A DNA stretch of 64,000 nt from Hypanus sabinus (taxonomy: Eukaryota). The position numbers and the translations under genes are program-made. This document shows, in pieces, positions 25,726 through 38,070 of the stretch. A model generated the notes under the pieces. It had not been told where the DNA came from and ran no database searches. It saw only the letters and a list, made by a program, of their open reading frames with translations. The DNA is taken from NCBI RefSeq assembly GCF_030144855.1, contig NC_082731.1:9672001-9736000 (forward strand), given 5' to 3'. Each line of letters opens with the position of its first letter. Position 1 is the stretch's first letter.

Positions 25726-28700
25726 TTTGGCCTATTTCAGATCCTTTTCTCTACTTATCCTTGTTCAGGTATGGAGTTCCGGAGTTCTTTTCTTGACACC
25801 TTTATATATTTATAAAGTGCTATTATTGCCCATGTTAGTTTAGTTTAGTATTTTTTTTTTCAATATATATTTTTTCTCATATATAATTTCAATTTTTTTT
25901 TTCTTTTTTCGATGATTATTTTTGTTTTTTTTTCATATATATTTATATAGACTTGATTGATTTATGTACCTTTTGTCGATTGATGTTTAATAGGATATTA
26001 TTATCCTATTACTAATGTAATTTCAAGTTTATTGAATTTGTAATCTGTTCATTATTATGTGATGTTTTTTTATATATGAAATTTAATAAAAAGATTGAAA
26101 AAGAAAGAAAGAAAAGAAATGCTTTAGGAGCCTTTTCCAGCTTCATACGTCTCCACAATTCTTCTTCTAAGGTCCTCTGAAAGTTGTTTTGATTGAGGCA
26201 TCGTGCCTCTTTCTTGAGCGAGCAGGCGCAGGCAGAAACAATAGGCCCACACGGAGAGTCAGGTTTGTGGATCTTGGGTAAGAAGTAGAAACGTGAATTG
26301 CGGGGTAAGTAAACAATGTGTTTGTTGACAGTGGATTGGAAATCCTCAGAGTTGATGAAGTTAATTATAGTATTGGAGATAATGTCCTGATGGTCCTGAG
26401 TGAGTTCCTTTTCAAGGAGCAAGTAAGAGGAGGTGCTGAGAGTTGTCACCAGGCTTCAACAAGGTAGATCTCACTCTGCCACAACACAACAGCACCCGTT
26501 TATCTGCGGGTTTGATGGTCAGGCTTGGATTGCTGGGGAGAGAGTGGAAGACAGTGCATTTAGAAGATCTAAGGTCCGAAGAGGAGAATGTGGTGCTGAA
26601 TCTGAGCCGAATGATGTCTCGTCAGTAATGAAAACATTATTAGGTGGAAAACCAGAAGAGGGTGTCAGAGTAGAGGAGGACAGCTAGAGACAGTTGAAGT
26701 GTTGATTATTGAGGGGTCGGCATTCCTTGCTAATGAACTGCAGAGACAACACCGTTGAGTTTCTCTGCCTCATTTGCTAATCCTGAATTTCACAGTGACC
26801 ATCCATTTTCATTTTTTATCCACATTTCCGTTCTGACTTGTCAGTCCATTGACGCCTCTTCTTCATTGATGAAGACACTCTCAAATTGAAGGAGCAACAG
26901 ATCATATTCCATCCAGGTAGCTTCCAACCTGATGGCACGAACATCGATTTCTCCAAACTACGATACTTCTGCTCCCCTTCCCTCGTCTTCAATTCATCTC
27001 TCTGGCTTCTTTAGCCTGTCACTTCACACTGGTATCCCTCCTCCTTCACGTTCTCCTTTGATATACCTTCGTATCCTTGTTAATTTCCTACCTATACATC
27101 CCCTTGCCTTTTCCACCTATCACCTCGAAGCTTCTCACCTCATTGCCCCTCCTCTAACCACCTATCACCTTCTAGATTGCTCGCCTTATTATTCTGGCAT
27201 CTTTCTCTTCCTTTTCAGTCCTCATGAAGGGTCTCGGGCCGAAAAGTCTGCTGTTCATTCGTTTCCATAGATGCTGCCTGATCTGCTGAGTTCCTCCAGA
27301 ATTTTGTGTGTGTGTTGCTCGGGATCACACATTGAGTGATGGCAGTACTTAATTTTTGCTATGAAGATCTCCAAAATACAATCGGATAACGGGTTTCATT
27401 TTGAAACCCGTAAAATTTTGAAAGCCCTGTAAAATACTGGGCTGCCAGGAAAAGCATTTATTGTGTATATTTGGGACCATGTTAACCCTAAGCATCAGAC
27501 TGAGTGAGAGGATGAATGATCTTTCGAAACAGCAGATTAGTTTATGGACATCAAACCACACCTTACAGTTGAGGCTGACTGCACTACTCCAAGCCTTGTA
27601 TAGCCTGAATGAGAAGCCCTTTCCAAAGGATCATCGATTACCAGAATGTACGTTGGAACCGTTGGAAGAGGCGTGAACGATAGAAGGATTTCCCCGGGGA
27701 AGGCAAGTACGGGTGTACATCCCAAATGATCTCGAGAAATGGGGAGGCTGCTTCAAACGGAGATGTGTTTGAAGTCAGATGTGCTTGAAGTTACTGTGTT
27801 TCAGTACAATGGGCAGAACACCTCGTGTTTAAATAGGGAAAAAATCGAATGAGAATGGTCTAAAACTAATAACAAACAAATGTATTGTTTACTTTAGGTG
27901 AAATTAGAATGCTGGATGAAATCCGATCAACAACATGGACCATGCTCCAGGGAGAATGCCATCCGAATGCACGGAAAGACTCATAAAAGCCATTCCTCTA
28001 CAAAACAGTTTTCCTCGCTTCATTGGATTCGACCTCGATGGACTAAGCACACTATGGAATAAAACGACATGCTGTCAAAGCAAATGGATCATTATGTAAC
28101 CTCGATTTTGGGAATAAGTTTTGGAATTGTGAGATCAATGTCCAGATATACCCTTAGGTTAGAATCCTTTCAAATCTTTCCATAATTTTGATACTAGTCC
28201 TGCTTGTAGTGCAGTTTCATTTAACTTCCTGCCTGAAGGGAGATGTTAGCCGATTGCAGCATCAGATCCCAACTATATAGCATGATTTACTACCTATATG
28301 GAACTTAAATTTTAATAACCCTTTTGATATTAAGTTTGTACTTGCTGTAGTTTATTTTTTGCAATACACTATTTTGCTTTATGGTATAATATATCAAGGA
28401 AGTGTATGAAAAGAATAAAATGCGATTGGGCTTCGATAAATGCTAAGATCTGTAACACAACATGCAAGTTTGCAGAACGAAATGGTGTCAGATTTGAATG
28501 TGGTGACAGTCGGGAGAGAGAGATTATTCGTTATACAATTCGAATAAAGTAATTTCTTACAACGTTTAAAATGTTTTTTTTTGTTTTCCCATGCATCTTG
28601 CTGTTGAATCAGAAAGATAAAGGAGAGAATTTTAAATTATTTTCAGTCGGCGAGGCTCTAAGAAAATCCCTGTCTTCAACGATGTTGTGACATAATATGA

Positions 28701-30025
28701 TTGTACATGCTTGTGACACCGGTGAAATGGCACCTGATTGTCCAGCTTGAGACTTGCCAGGTTTTATGTTTGCCAGACCTCATCAAAACTGCATTCTAAA
28801 CCTTAGCCAAATGATTTGTGAATAAAATTTTTAATTGCTCTGGATGAATTTTGTGGCGGTGTGGTTATACGTACCTGATTGTTCAGCGTCCACCTATTTG
28901 CGGTGCTGTTTTCGTTTCTAGTAAAATTAATAACCCTTGAACCAAATGAAAGCAAAACATAGATATCGTTCATGCACATCACTGTGGACTCTTATTAGAA
29001 GTTGCGATTTAATGCATTCATAGAAACCTCGCTGTCACCGCTCCAGCTTGCTAGGCTCGGGCAGATGAACCCCGGGTGTAAAGAGTGGGGCCAGTACCGC
29101 GCACACAACACTCCAGCTAAAAAATACCATTGCGCAGACCGAAGGACACGCCCACGACCACGACCGTCATCCCCGAGCAGCCGCTGCGGCTGGGTCTGCT
29201 TGTCCCGTCTTGGACTCGTTAGCAACCAGCGAGCCTGCAGCAGACGTGGGCAGCCCCCAACCTAAATCTTCGTTCGCGAAGCCAAGCCATGATGACTAGA
29301 AATCCGGAATGAGTGAACATACTGTACGGCTAATCTGTCTTATTGCATCTCTTCTGGAAATCTACAGTGCCGTTTTAACCAGCACCCCCTCCCCTATTCT
29401 GTACTGGCAAAAATTTCATTTCAAACTGTGTATCAATTGAAAACAGTTGTTGACTTTCTTGTTACTTGCCAGAATATAAGAACTCGCGGAGTAAATGCAA
29501 TACTCCCATTGGATTATTGTCAAATATTTAACATTATTGCCCGCTGCTCTTCAGCTCTTCAAAATTACAAACATGATTCTTCATTTTTTGTTCAGTCAAA
29601 TGACCAAATAACATTGAATACGTCCATGAAATATCTCCTAATCTCCATTATCCTTAGATGAAAAGTTCAGGAATCACTTGGCTCCCCCTCTAACTATGAA
29701 AGATTCTGGTGATCAAGCAACTAAATGCAAAATAAAGTGCAGAACACCCAGTATCTCTGGAATGACTGAGCAGTCTTGCAGAGAACCAAATTTCTATTAT
29801 GTCTGCTTATATTCTCATTTTGCGCTCAGTATCACCGAAAGGTATTAATATCCTTTCAGATCTCTTCTAGTTTAATTTCTAAGATGAGGTCTAATCAATA
29901 AACAATAAAATAATGATCAAAATTCAGGTTTCAAGATTCAAGATTGCTTAATGCAATTTTCAGTACACAAATGTATCGGAGAATGAAATAATTGTTACTC
30001 GGAATCCAATGCAGTAAAAAACACA

Positions 30026-30170
30026 NNNNNNNNNNNNNNNNNNNNNNNNNNNNNNNNNNNNNNNNNNNNNNNNNNNNNNNNNNNNNNNNNNNNNNNNNNN
30101 NNNNNNNNNNNNNNNNNNNNNNNNNNNNNNNNNNNNNNNNNNNNNNNNNNNNNNNNNNNNNNNNNNNNNT
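30026..30170. other. Assembly gap (145 N)
   Basis: Run of N read directly; the ORFs spanning it are artefacts. Confidence 1.
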
Positions 30171-32245
30171 ATCTCCTTTACAATAGCATTGGAGAGAGAT
30201 AGAAACAGGTAGGTTTGAAAAGCGTTTAATAGGAGTAAGGGGAATTTTGAAGCTCTCAGGCAGGAAATTGGAAGATGAAACTGGAAACATGTTCTCATGG
30301 AAAAGTACGGAAGAAATATGGGAGATGTTCAGGGACTATTTGTATGAAGTTCTGCATAGGTACCTTCCAATAAGGCAGGGACGTTATGATAGGGTACAGG
30401 AACCGTGGTGTACAAATGCTGTAATAAACCTAGTCAAGAAGAAAAGAAAACTTTGCAAAAGGTTCAGAGAGCTAGGTAATGTTAGAGATCTACAGGATTA
30501 TAAGGAAGGAGGAAAGAGCTTAAGAAGGTAATTAGTGGAGCCAGAAGGGATCATGAGAAGGCCTTGGCGGGCAGGATTAAGGAAAACCCCAAGGCATTCT
30601 ACAAGTGTGTAAAGAGCAAGAAGATAAGACGTGAAAGAATAGGACCTATCAACTGTGACAGTGGGAAAGTGTGTATGGAAGCGGAAGAAATAGCAGAGGT
30701 ATTTAATGAATACTTTACTTCAGTATTCAATATGAAAAAGTATCTTGGAGATTGTACTGATGACGCAGAAGTATGAAAAGCTTGAGCATGTAGATATTAA
30801 TAAAGAAGATGTGCTGTAGCTTTTGGAAACATCTAGTTGGATAAGTTGCTGGGACCGGATGAGATGTAAACAGGCTACAGTGGGAAGCAAGGGAGGAGAT
30901 TGTTGAGACTCTGGCGATGTTCTTTGCATCATCAATGGGGACGGGAGAGGTTCCGGGGGATTGGGGGGTTGCGGATGTTGTTCCTTTATTCAAGAAAAGG
31001 AGTAGTGATAGCCCCAAAAATTATAGACCAGTAAGTCTTACTTCACTGGTTGATAAATTGATGGAGAAGGTACTGAGAGGCAGGATTGATGAACATTTGA
31101 AGATATAATATGTTTAGGAATAGTCAGCAAGAGTTTGTCAAGGGCCAGTGGTGCCTTACGAGCCTGATTGAATTTTTTGAAGATGTGACTAAACACATTG
31201 ATGAAGGAAGAACGATCGATGTAGTGTATATGGATTTCAGCAAGGTATTTGATAAGGTGTCCCAGGGATCTGTTCTGGGAACCTTACTCTTCCTGATTTT
31301 TATAAATGACCTGGATGAAGAAGTGGAGGGATGGGTTATAAGTTTGCTGATGACACAAAGGTTGGGGGTGTTGTGGATAGTGTGGAGTACTGTCAGAGGT
31401 TACAACGGGACATTGATAGGATGCAAAACTGGGCTGAGAAGCGGCAGATGGAGTTCAACCCAGATAAGTGTGAAGTTGTTAATTTTGGTAGGTCAAATAT
31501 GATGGCAGAATATAGTATTAATGGTAAGACTCTAAGCAGTGTGGAGGATCAGAGGGATCTTGGGGTCCGAATCCATGGGACACTCAAAGCAGCTGCACAT
31601 GTTGTCTCTGTGGTTAACAAGGCCTACGGTTTATTGGCCTTCATCAATCGTCGAATTGAATTCAGGAGCCGAGAGGTCATGCTGCAGATATATAGGACTC
31701 TGGTCAGAACACGCTTGTTGTACTGTGCCCAGTTCTGCTCGCCTCACTACGGGAAGGAAGTGGACGCCATAGAAAGAGTACAGAGGAGATTTACAAGGAT
31801 GTTGCCTCGATTGGGGAGCATGCCTTATGAGAATAGGCTGAGTGAACTCGACCTTTTCACTTTGGAGCGACGAAGGATGGGAGGTGACCTGATAGAGGCA
31901 TATAAGATGATGAGAGACATTGATCGTTTGGATAGTGGGATGCTTTTTCCCAGGGTTAAAATGGTTGCCACAAGAGGAGACAGGTTTAAGGTGCTGGGGA
32001 GTCGGTACACAGGAGATGTCAGGGGTAAATTTTTCTCAGAGAGTGGTGAGTGCGTGGGATGGGCTGCCGGCAACGGTGGTGGAGGTGGATACGATAAGGT
32101 CTTTGAAAAGGCTTTTGGTTAAGTACATGGAGCTCAGAAAATTAAAGGGCTATATGTAAGCTTAGTAATTTCTAACGTCGGGACATATTCGGCACAGTTT
32201 TGTGTGACGAAGGGCCTGTATTGGGCTATAGGTTTTCTTAGTTTC
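30171..32245 (+). mobile_element. CR1 LINE ORF2 3' part with an internal deletion, decayed
   Basis: NYRPVSLTS, VYMDFSKVFDKV joined directly to SQGSVLG at about 31258 (intervening RT segment missing), KFADDTKVGG, 3' tail TTTCTATGTTTCTATG. Confidence 0.88.
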
Positions 32246-35200
32246 TATGTTTCTATGAGAGCGTTTGGTTATGCCCGTGTCTCAGGTTTTACCAGCATGA
32301 GCTGAGCAAATAAAAATAGTGATAACATATTAAATATAAGTATGGAAGGTAGCTTATATAACTGAATTGATTGCATCCATCATGTGATGCACGATATTGT
32401 CTGAGCGTAAGATGACTGACAGGACATGTTTTACGTAGTTGTGGTTGGGGTGTGGAGGGGTGGTTTGTAGTTGCAGGTGTTGATCGGCCGTACTGCTTGT
32501 GTAAACTAACTGTTTTTGAGTCTGCTGGTCCTTCTGTGAATTCTACATATTGTCCTCCCTAATGGGAGAGGTACAGGCACTCCATGAACCGGGTGGGAAA
32601 GATTTTCATGATTTCACTGGCCCTTTTATGACACCTCCCTATATATATCTCTTTGATGGAGGGTAGGATGGAAACTGCACTCTGACGAAGAGAACGGCTC
32701 TGTAATGGGTACTCAAAGCTGCCCAACTCATCACGGGCTAAACTGCATAACTTATATTCGATGCATAAATTAAGGAAGTCTATTTGTCTCTACATTATAG
32801 GAACAAATACCGACAGATTAAAGCATTCTTGCTGTTCTGCACCTCTAAAAACTGTCCACTAGGCTGCTGACTTTTGTCATTACATCTCCAGAGCTACAGC
32901 CTAATCTCACAAAATGGTGTTGAAATCATTTGTTTATCTTGACATTCTACTCAAAAGGAGTTAATGGCGATTTTGCCCTTGTTATCACTGCCTTGCACCT
33001 TTTGTTGTTTCCTGCTGCTATTCCGGTTTTCATAACTCAGTCATATTCCGAATAGCAATGTCGGTTTCATTGCGGATATAGAAATGCATGCATGGCGTGG
33101 GTTTGCCCCTGATTTACATAATAGTATTTTTGCACCTGCAGAATCTTAGAATCTAGAATTTAGTCATACATAGTTCCCCAGTTAGTAAAAACACCGAAGA
33201 GATTTAGTACAATAATTAATTTACGCAAACTGTGCTCGGTCTGTAAGTAGAAAGTAAGCATTGTTGGTACGTAATGCACGTAGGTCCCTATGATATGAAA
33301 TAAAGTTTGCAAAAATGTTCATCTTAGATAATATGCTGATATATTTTAGGAAAATAGCGCGCAGCTGTCAGAGTGGTAGCTGGTGGCACGTAACTGCGCA
33401 TTGGAGCCATGCAGCCACCTGTCCTGTCATGTTACTATCCAGAGCCTAATATGAAAAGCTCACTAACTCTCTGGAGGTTATGATGAATGCCTTAGTCCAA
33501 ATTCTATTTGTTAATCATCTGCGACTGTCAGTGGCGTGTCTTATCCATAAAAAGGATTCATCCATCCTTAAAACATCAGTCAATGATCATTAAAGTCTAT
33601 TTGTACCCATTTGCCAGGAAGAAAGTTCAGATCTGGTTTGTTTGGTAAAGGTATATCCTAACTTCTCTCCAAGTTTACCTGACATGAAAGTCAGATATAT
33701 TATCATGAGAAATGTTTCTGACTGAAGGGCTTTCGGAAGGGTTGGAACACCCAAAATTTAGGCTGCGATCCTATGCTCTCAATTGTACCAAAGACCTACA
33801 AGTTCACTAACTTTAAACATACTCATCTGGAATATAGAATAACTGTAAGAATCATGCCATTCTTTGTCAATGGCAAGATAACACACCTTATTCTGGACCA
33901 ATTGTTGAGGTTTTCTGAAATGGATGCCGAAATTACTTTCTGCGAAAATGCCAGTTCCTTGTTTTAGTTCCTTTATAATTTGGAAGCTCTATGCTATATA
34001 TGACCTCGGGGCAGACCCTATGATTTATTGTTGCAATGAAAATAATCAGAATCAAAATGGCTGCATACCTGTCAATATTTAGCAGCTTGACATTATACAG
34101 AGAGTACCAAAATTGAGGTTCTGAAAAGATTATTATGTAATTTGCTTTAAATACTGATGATTTGTTTTGTACTTTTTGCATTTCAGAATTAAACTACGGT
34201 CTGTTCTGTAAAAATGGGCTATGTTCCTTCACAGAAAATAGTAAAAACGCAGATGAGCTGCGACATTGGAAACATGACGTATAATTTTTTAGATAATACA
34301 TATCTGTAAAAAAAATGACACCTCTGGAAGCTTTGCGTTCCTGGTTATGGAGCTTTCAGGAAAGGTGAAGAGGGCAGTTAAGAAGAAAACGCAACACAAG
34401 TTACTGAAGGAACTCAGCAGTTGAGGTGGCATCTATAGCGGGTAGTGAACAGAAGATATTTCCTCCACCATTAATGCTGCTCTCACCCCGATGTACTCTA
34501 TTTCCTGGACATCTGTGCTCACCCTATCTTACCGTCACCTTGACAGGATTATATGTGCAGTTTTCTTATCTGCCACCCCTGAGTCTCCGTATTCAGCACA
34601 TCATCCTCTGCAACTTTAGCCATCTTCAACGGGACGCTACCACTAAACACATCTGTACCTTCCGCCGCCCTACTCCCACTTTCCATAAGGATCACTCCCT
34701 CCGTGATTTCTCTGCGCATTCATTCCTCCCTCCCCCCCCCCCCCCCCACACACACACCCAAACTCCATTGTGGCACTTACACTGCAAATGGCAGAAGTGA
34801 AATACCTGCCTATGGATCTCCTCCAGCACCTCCATTCAGGGCCATAAACATCTCTTCCAGTTGAGGCAACACCTCACCTGCAAATCGGTGTTTAATCTGT
34901 CCGATACTCTGGACATCATTTATTCTACATTGGTGAGATCTGACGTATTGATGGACCGTTTTGTGAGTCCTTCAGCTACATCGCCAAAAGTGGAATTTCT
35001 GGGTGGCCAATCATTTCAGTTCTGATCCCCATTTCTGTTCCAACATGTTGGTCCATGGCCTGCTCTTCTACCATGATGAGGCGATTCTCACGTTGAAAGA
35101 AAAACAGGTACTCCATCTCGGTAGCCTCCAACCAAATGGCATGAACTTCGATGTTTGGAATTTCTGGTAGTTCATTCCTTTCCTCTTCCTTCTGTTTCAA

Positions 35201-36149
35201 TTCCCCACTCAGGCCTCTTCCCTCTTTTCCTCAGCAACCTATTACCTCCTATGGTGACCACCCTCCTTCCACTTCTCCCGTAATCCACTCTTCTCTCCCA
35301 TCAAAATTCTTATCCAGCTCTTTCCCCTTTGCACGTATCACCTCACAAATTCTCAGGTCCATCCCCCATCCCCACCCAGCTGCCTTCAATTTTTATTGTT
35401 CTCCTCCCCTCCCTCCTCCTTCATATTCAGCATCTTCCCTCTTCCTTTCCTGTCCTGGTGAACGGTCTCAGCCTGAGATGTCAACTGTTTATTCATGGCC
35501 GAGATGCTGCCTGACGTACTGAGTTCCTCCAGTATTTTACGTGTGTTGCAGTCGAAACTTCAGGGCGAGAACCTTTATGAAGACTGAAAAGGAGGACAGA
35601 AGCTGCATAAAATAATGTGGGGAGGGGAGAAGCACAAACAGGCGTGTGGTTGGTGAACCCAGCTGGGGGATGGAAGGGAAGTAACAGTGAGGAGGATGGG
35701 AGAGTGTCAATGATGTGCTAAGATGGGACACGATAAGTGGAAGAGCCACAGGACTGAAAGGGAAGGTATATGGTAGCAAAGAACAATTCCTACCCACTGT
35801 TACACATACCTTTCGGCTACCAAGAAAGCTTCAAACTCCACATTTTGTATTTACTTGCTCTTCTTTTGAACAATCTGCTAATTTGCAGAACTAACAATAT
35901 GGCTTTGTACGTAAAAAGTTGTATCTCACGAAATTGACTGAGCTTTTTGAGAAGGTGTCTAAGAGGATTGAGAGAAGTTGAATTCTCCACGGAATTTAGC
36001 AATAATGTGAAAAGGTCCTGTCTGTCAGACTGCTCCGAAAGTTTGGTTGCACCATATAGGATCCAGAATGAACTGGAAAATGGATGTACAATTGATTTGG
36101 TGGGTAGAAGGCATGAAAAGATCGTGCAAGGTTGCTATTCGGATTAGAG

Positions 36150-38070
36150 GTCTTCGACTAGTGTGCCATAGGAATTGGAAGTGGCTTCACTGTTTTGATG
36201 ATGATTTTCGTTTGTACTCAGCGTCTGAGGCTTCACGATTAAGTGCCCAACAGTAATCGGCCAGCACTGACGAATCCCATTTTCCCTGATAACGTTTCTC
36301 TGGCCCGCAATGCCCCACAAAAAAATCTTTAATCATGCTTGCCACTAACAGCGCAAAAGAGTACAGAAAAGAAGACTAACTGGGAATGGAGGAAAGGAAT
36401 CTTTAGTGACATTTTGCACCTGATGGTTTCGTATGTTTTAAGCATGTCAGTCAGCACTGATGCACCGGAGTTGCCAAGAAACTTTTCAGTAACACCCTTA
36501 GAGTGCCTTCCATGCGATTCTCTCTGGTCCAGCTAAAATTTTGTTTCCGAATTGCCTGTCATTGATGGCCTGTTTGATTTGTGGTCCAACAAAAAAAAAA
36601 GCTTCATTAATCTTCGCATCAGTTATTCTGGGAATCATCTGTATCAAATATCGAAATCCTTCAGGCGATATTTGTATCTGATGACAGCAGATTCTATCCT
36701 TACAGTTTTAAGCCCCGTAATTCTGCTTTTGTATATAACAAACTCAAGTCTCTGACCAGGTCATTTAACTCAGATTGAGTTATCAGATGAGGCTCTCTCA
36801 ACAGAAAAGGTTCAAAATCTGTATCAGTATTTTTTCCATACCCAGAGCGTGAACCGTGGCAGCTTCGTTTGCCTTCTCTGGACTCCATGTCAATGCTGGC
36901 TTCGTTACTGGAAGACGTTCGTCATACGGCACTTGCATGAAGGGAGAATGAGTTATTGAAGTCACGTCAACCTTTATTGTCTTTCCGACGATAACTGCTG
37001 GTACAGTGCATAGTAAATATGAGACAACGTTTTTCAGGACCATGGTGTTACATGACCGGTACAAAAAACTAGACTGAACTACGTAAAATAAAAAAACACA
37101 GAGAAAGCAACACTAGACTACAGACCTATACTGGACTGCATAAAGTGCACAAAAACAGTGCAGGTATTACAATAAATAATAAACAGGACAGTAGGGCAAG
37201 GTGTCAGTCCAGGCTTCGGGTACTGAGGAGTCTGATAGCTTGGGGGAAGAAACTGTTACATAGTCTGGTCGTGAGAGCCCGAATGTTTCGGAGCCTTTTC
37301 CCAGACGGCAGGAGGGAGAAGAGATTGTATGAGGGGTGCATGGGGTCCTTCATAATGCTGTTTCCTTTGCGGATGCAGCGTGTAGTGTAAATGTCGGTGA
37401 TGGCAGGAAGAGAGACCCAGATGATCTTCTCAGCTGAACTCACTATCCGCTGCAAGGAAATTCGATGCATTTCTTATTTTTAGCAGAGAAATCAGAAATA
37501 ATGGTTAGACAGAAGTAGTAGTCTGTCAGATGATCTTTCTGTTCTCGCCATATCATCGGGAAAGCGATCGCCGTTGACTTCCAAGTGCCTCTGAGCCAAG
37601 TTATAAAGTACAACGGGTGTTGTGGAACAAATGTGAAGAGACAAGGCTTTCTCTTGATCACGAATTTTAATCCCGAAGTATAGCTTGTATGTCTTATTAA
37701 CAAGCGGAGTCCTGCTCTGTCTTTGACATTTAAACGTATACTTGCCACAAATGTAACAGAAAATATCACGGCTGTTGCAACATTTGCTAGACATCTTTCT
37801 ATCACAAATACTCCTAAAAAAAACCGGTTACTTCATTCCAATGAGAACACACAATATGCTAAGCGCATAGAGCATGCGTATTAACGTGATCGCAAACCGA
37901 TATACAAGTAAATGCAGTGCATAGAGTAGTGTGTGAGTGATGCTTTTATCGCCTTTCCAAAACAAGTCCTTCCATGCAACATCTGTCATGCAGAGCTTCT
38001 GGTGCGAGTTGGGGACGTTTCCTGATGATTTGCATGATCAGCAGCGCAACATCCGTGAAATATGCCTAAG
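36150..38070 (-). mobile_element. Chapaev3-like (CMC superfamily) DNA transposon remnant, with a LINE 3' fragment inserted at about 36958-37453
   Basis: N-terminus MSSKCCNSRDIFCYICGKY...YKLYFGIKIRDQ...PMIWREQKDHLTDYYFC; middle EPHLITQSELNDLVRDL, VGPQIKQ, CKMSLKIPFLHSQL; C-terminus EKRYQGKWDSSVLADYCW. Family name is from memory of these motifs. Confidence 0.7.

Larger units (their letters stand above)
20154..26114 (+). mobile_element. Full-length LINE-1-clade retrotransposon with 14-bp TSD
   Basis: AGAAATGCTTTAGG at 20140-20153 and 26115-26128; 5' GGGTGGAGTTTCAAGATGGC; ORF1, about 1-kb spacer, ORF2, A-rich 3' end. Confidence 0.95.
19600..26210 (-). mobile_element. Tc1-family DNA transposon remnant (about 19600-20139 and 26129-26210) split by the L1 insertion
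   Basis: Minus strand reads ...HIAARLKFAKDHL..FWDNGLWTDGTKVDLFG...MIWGCFAFSGPG (Tc1 DDE region); the sequence resumes after the L1 target-site duplication. Confidence 0.8.

Noticed and set aside
27898-28063. Acceptor TTTAG|GTGAAA... with AATAAA at 28058, resembling an Ig TM2 (VK-stop) terminal exon of an upstream cluster
   Set aside because: No stop follows VK (GTG AAA TTA) and I found no TM1 or C exon upstream.
29931-30298. ORFs spanning the N run
   Set aside because: Artefacts of the assembly gap.
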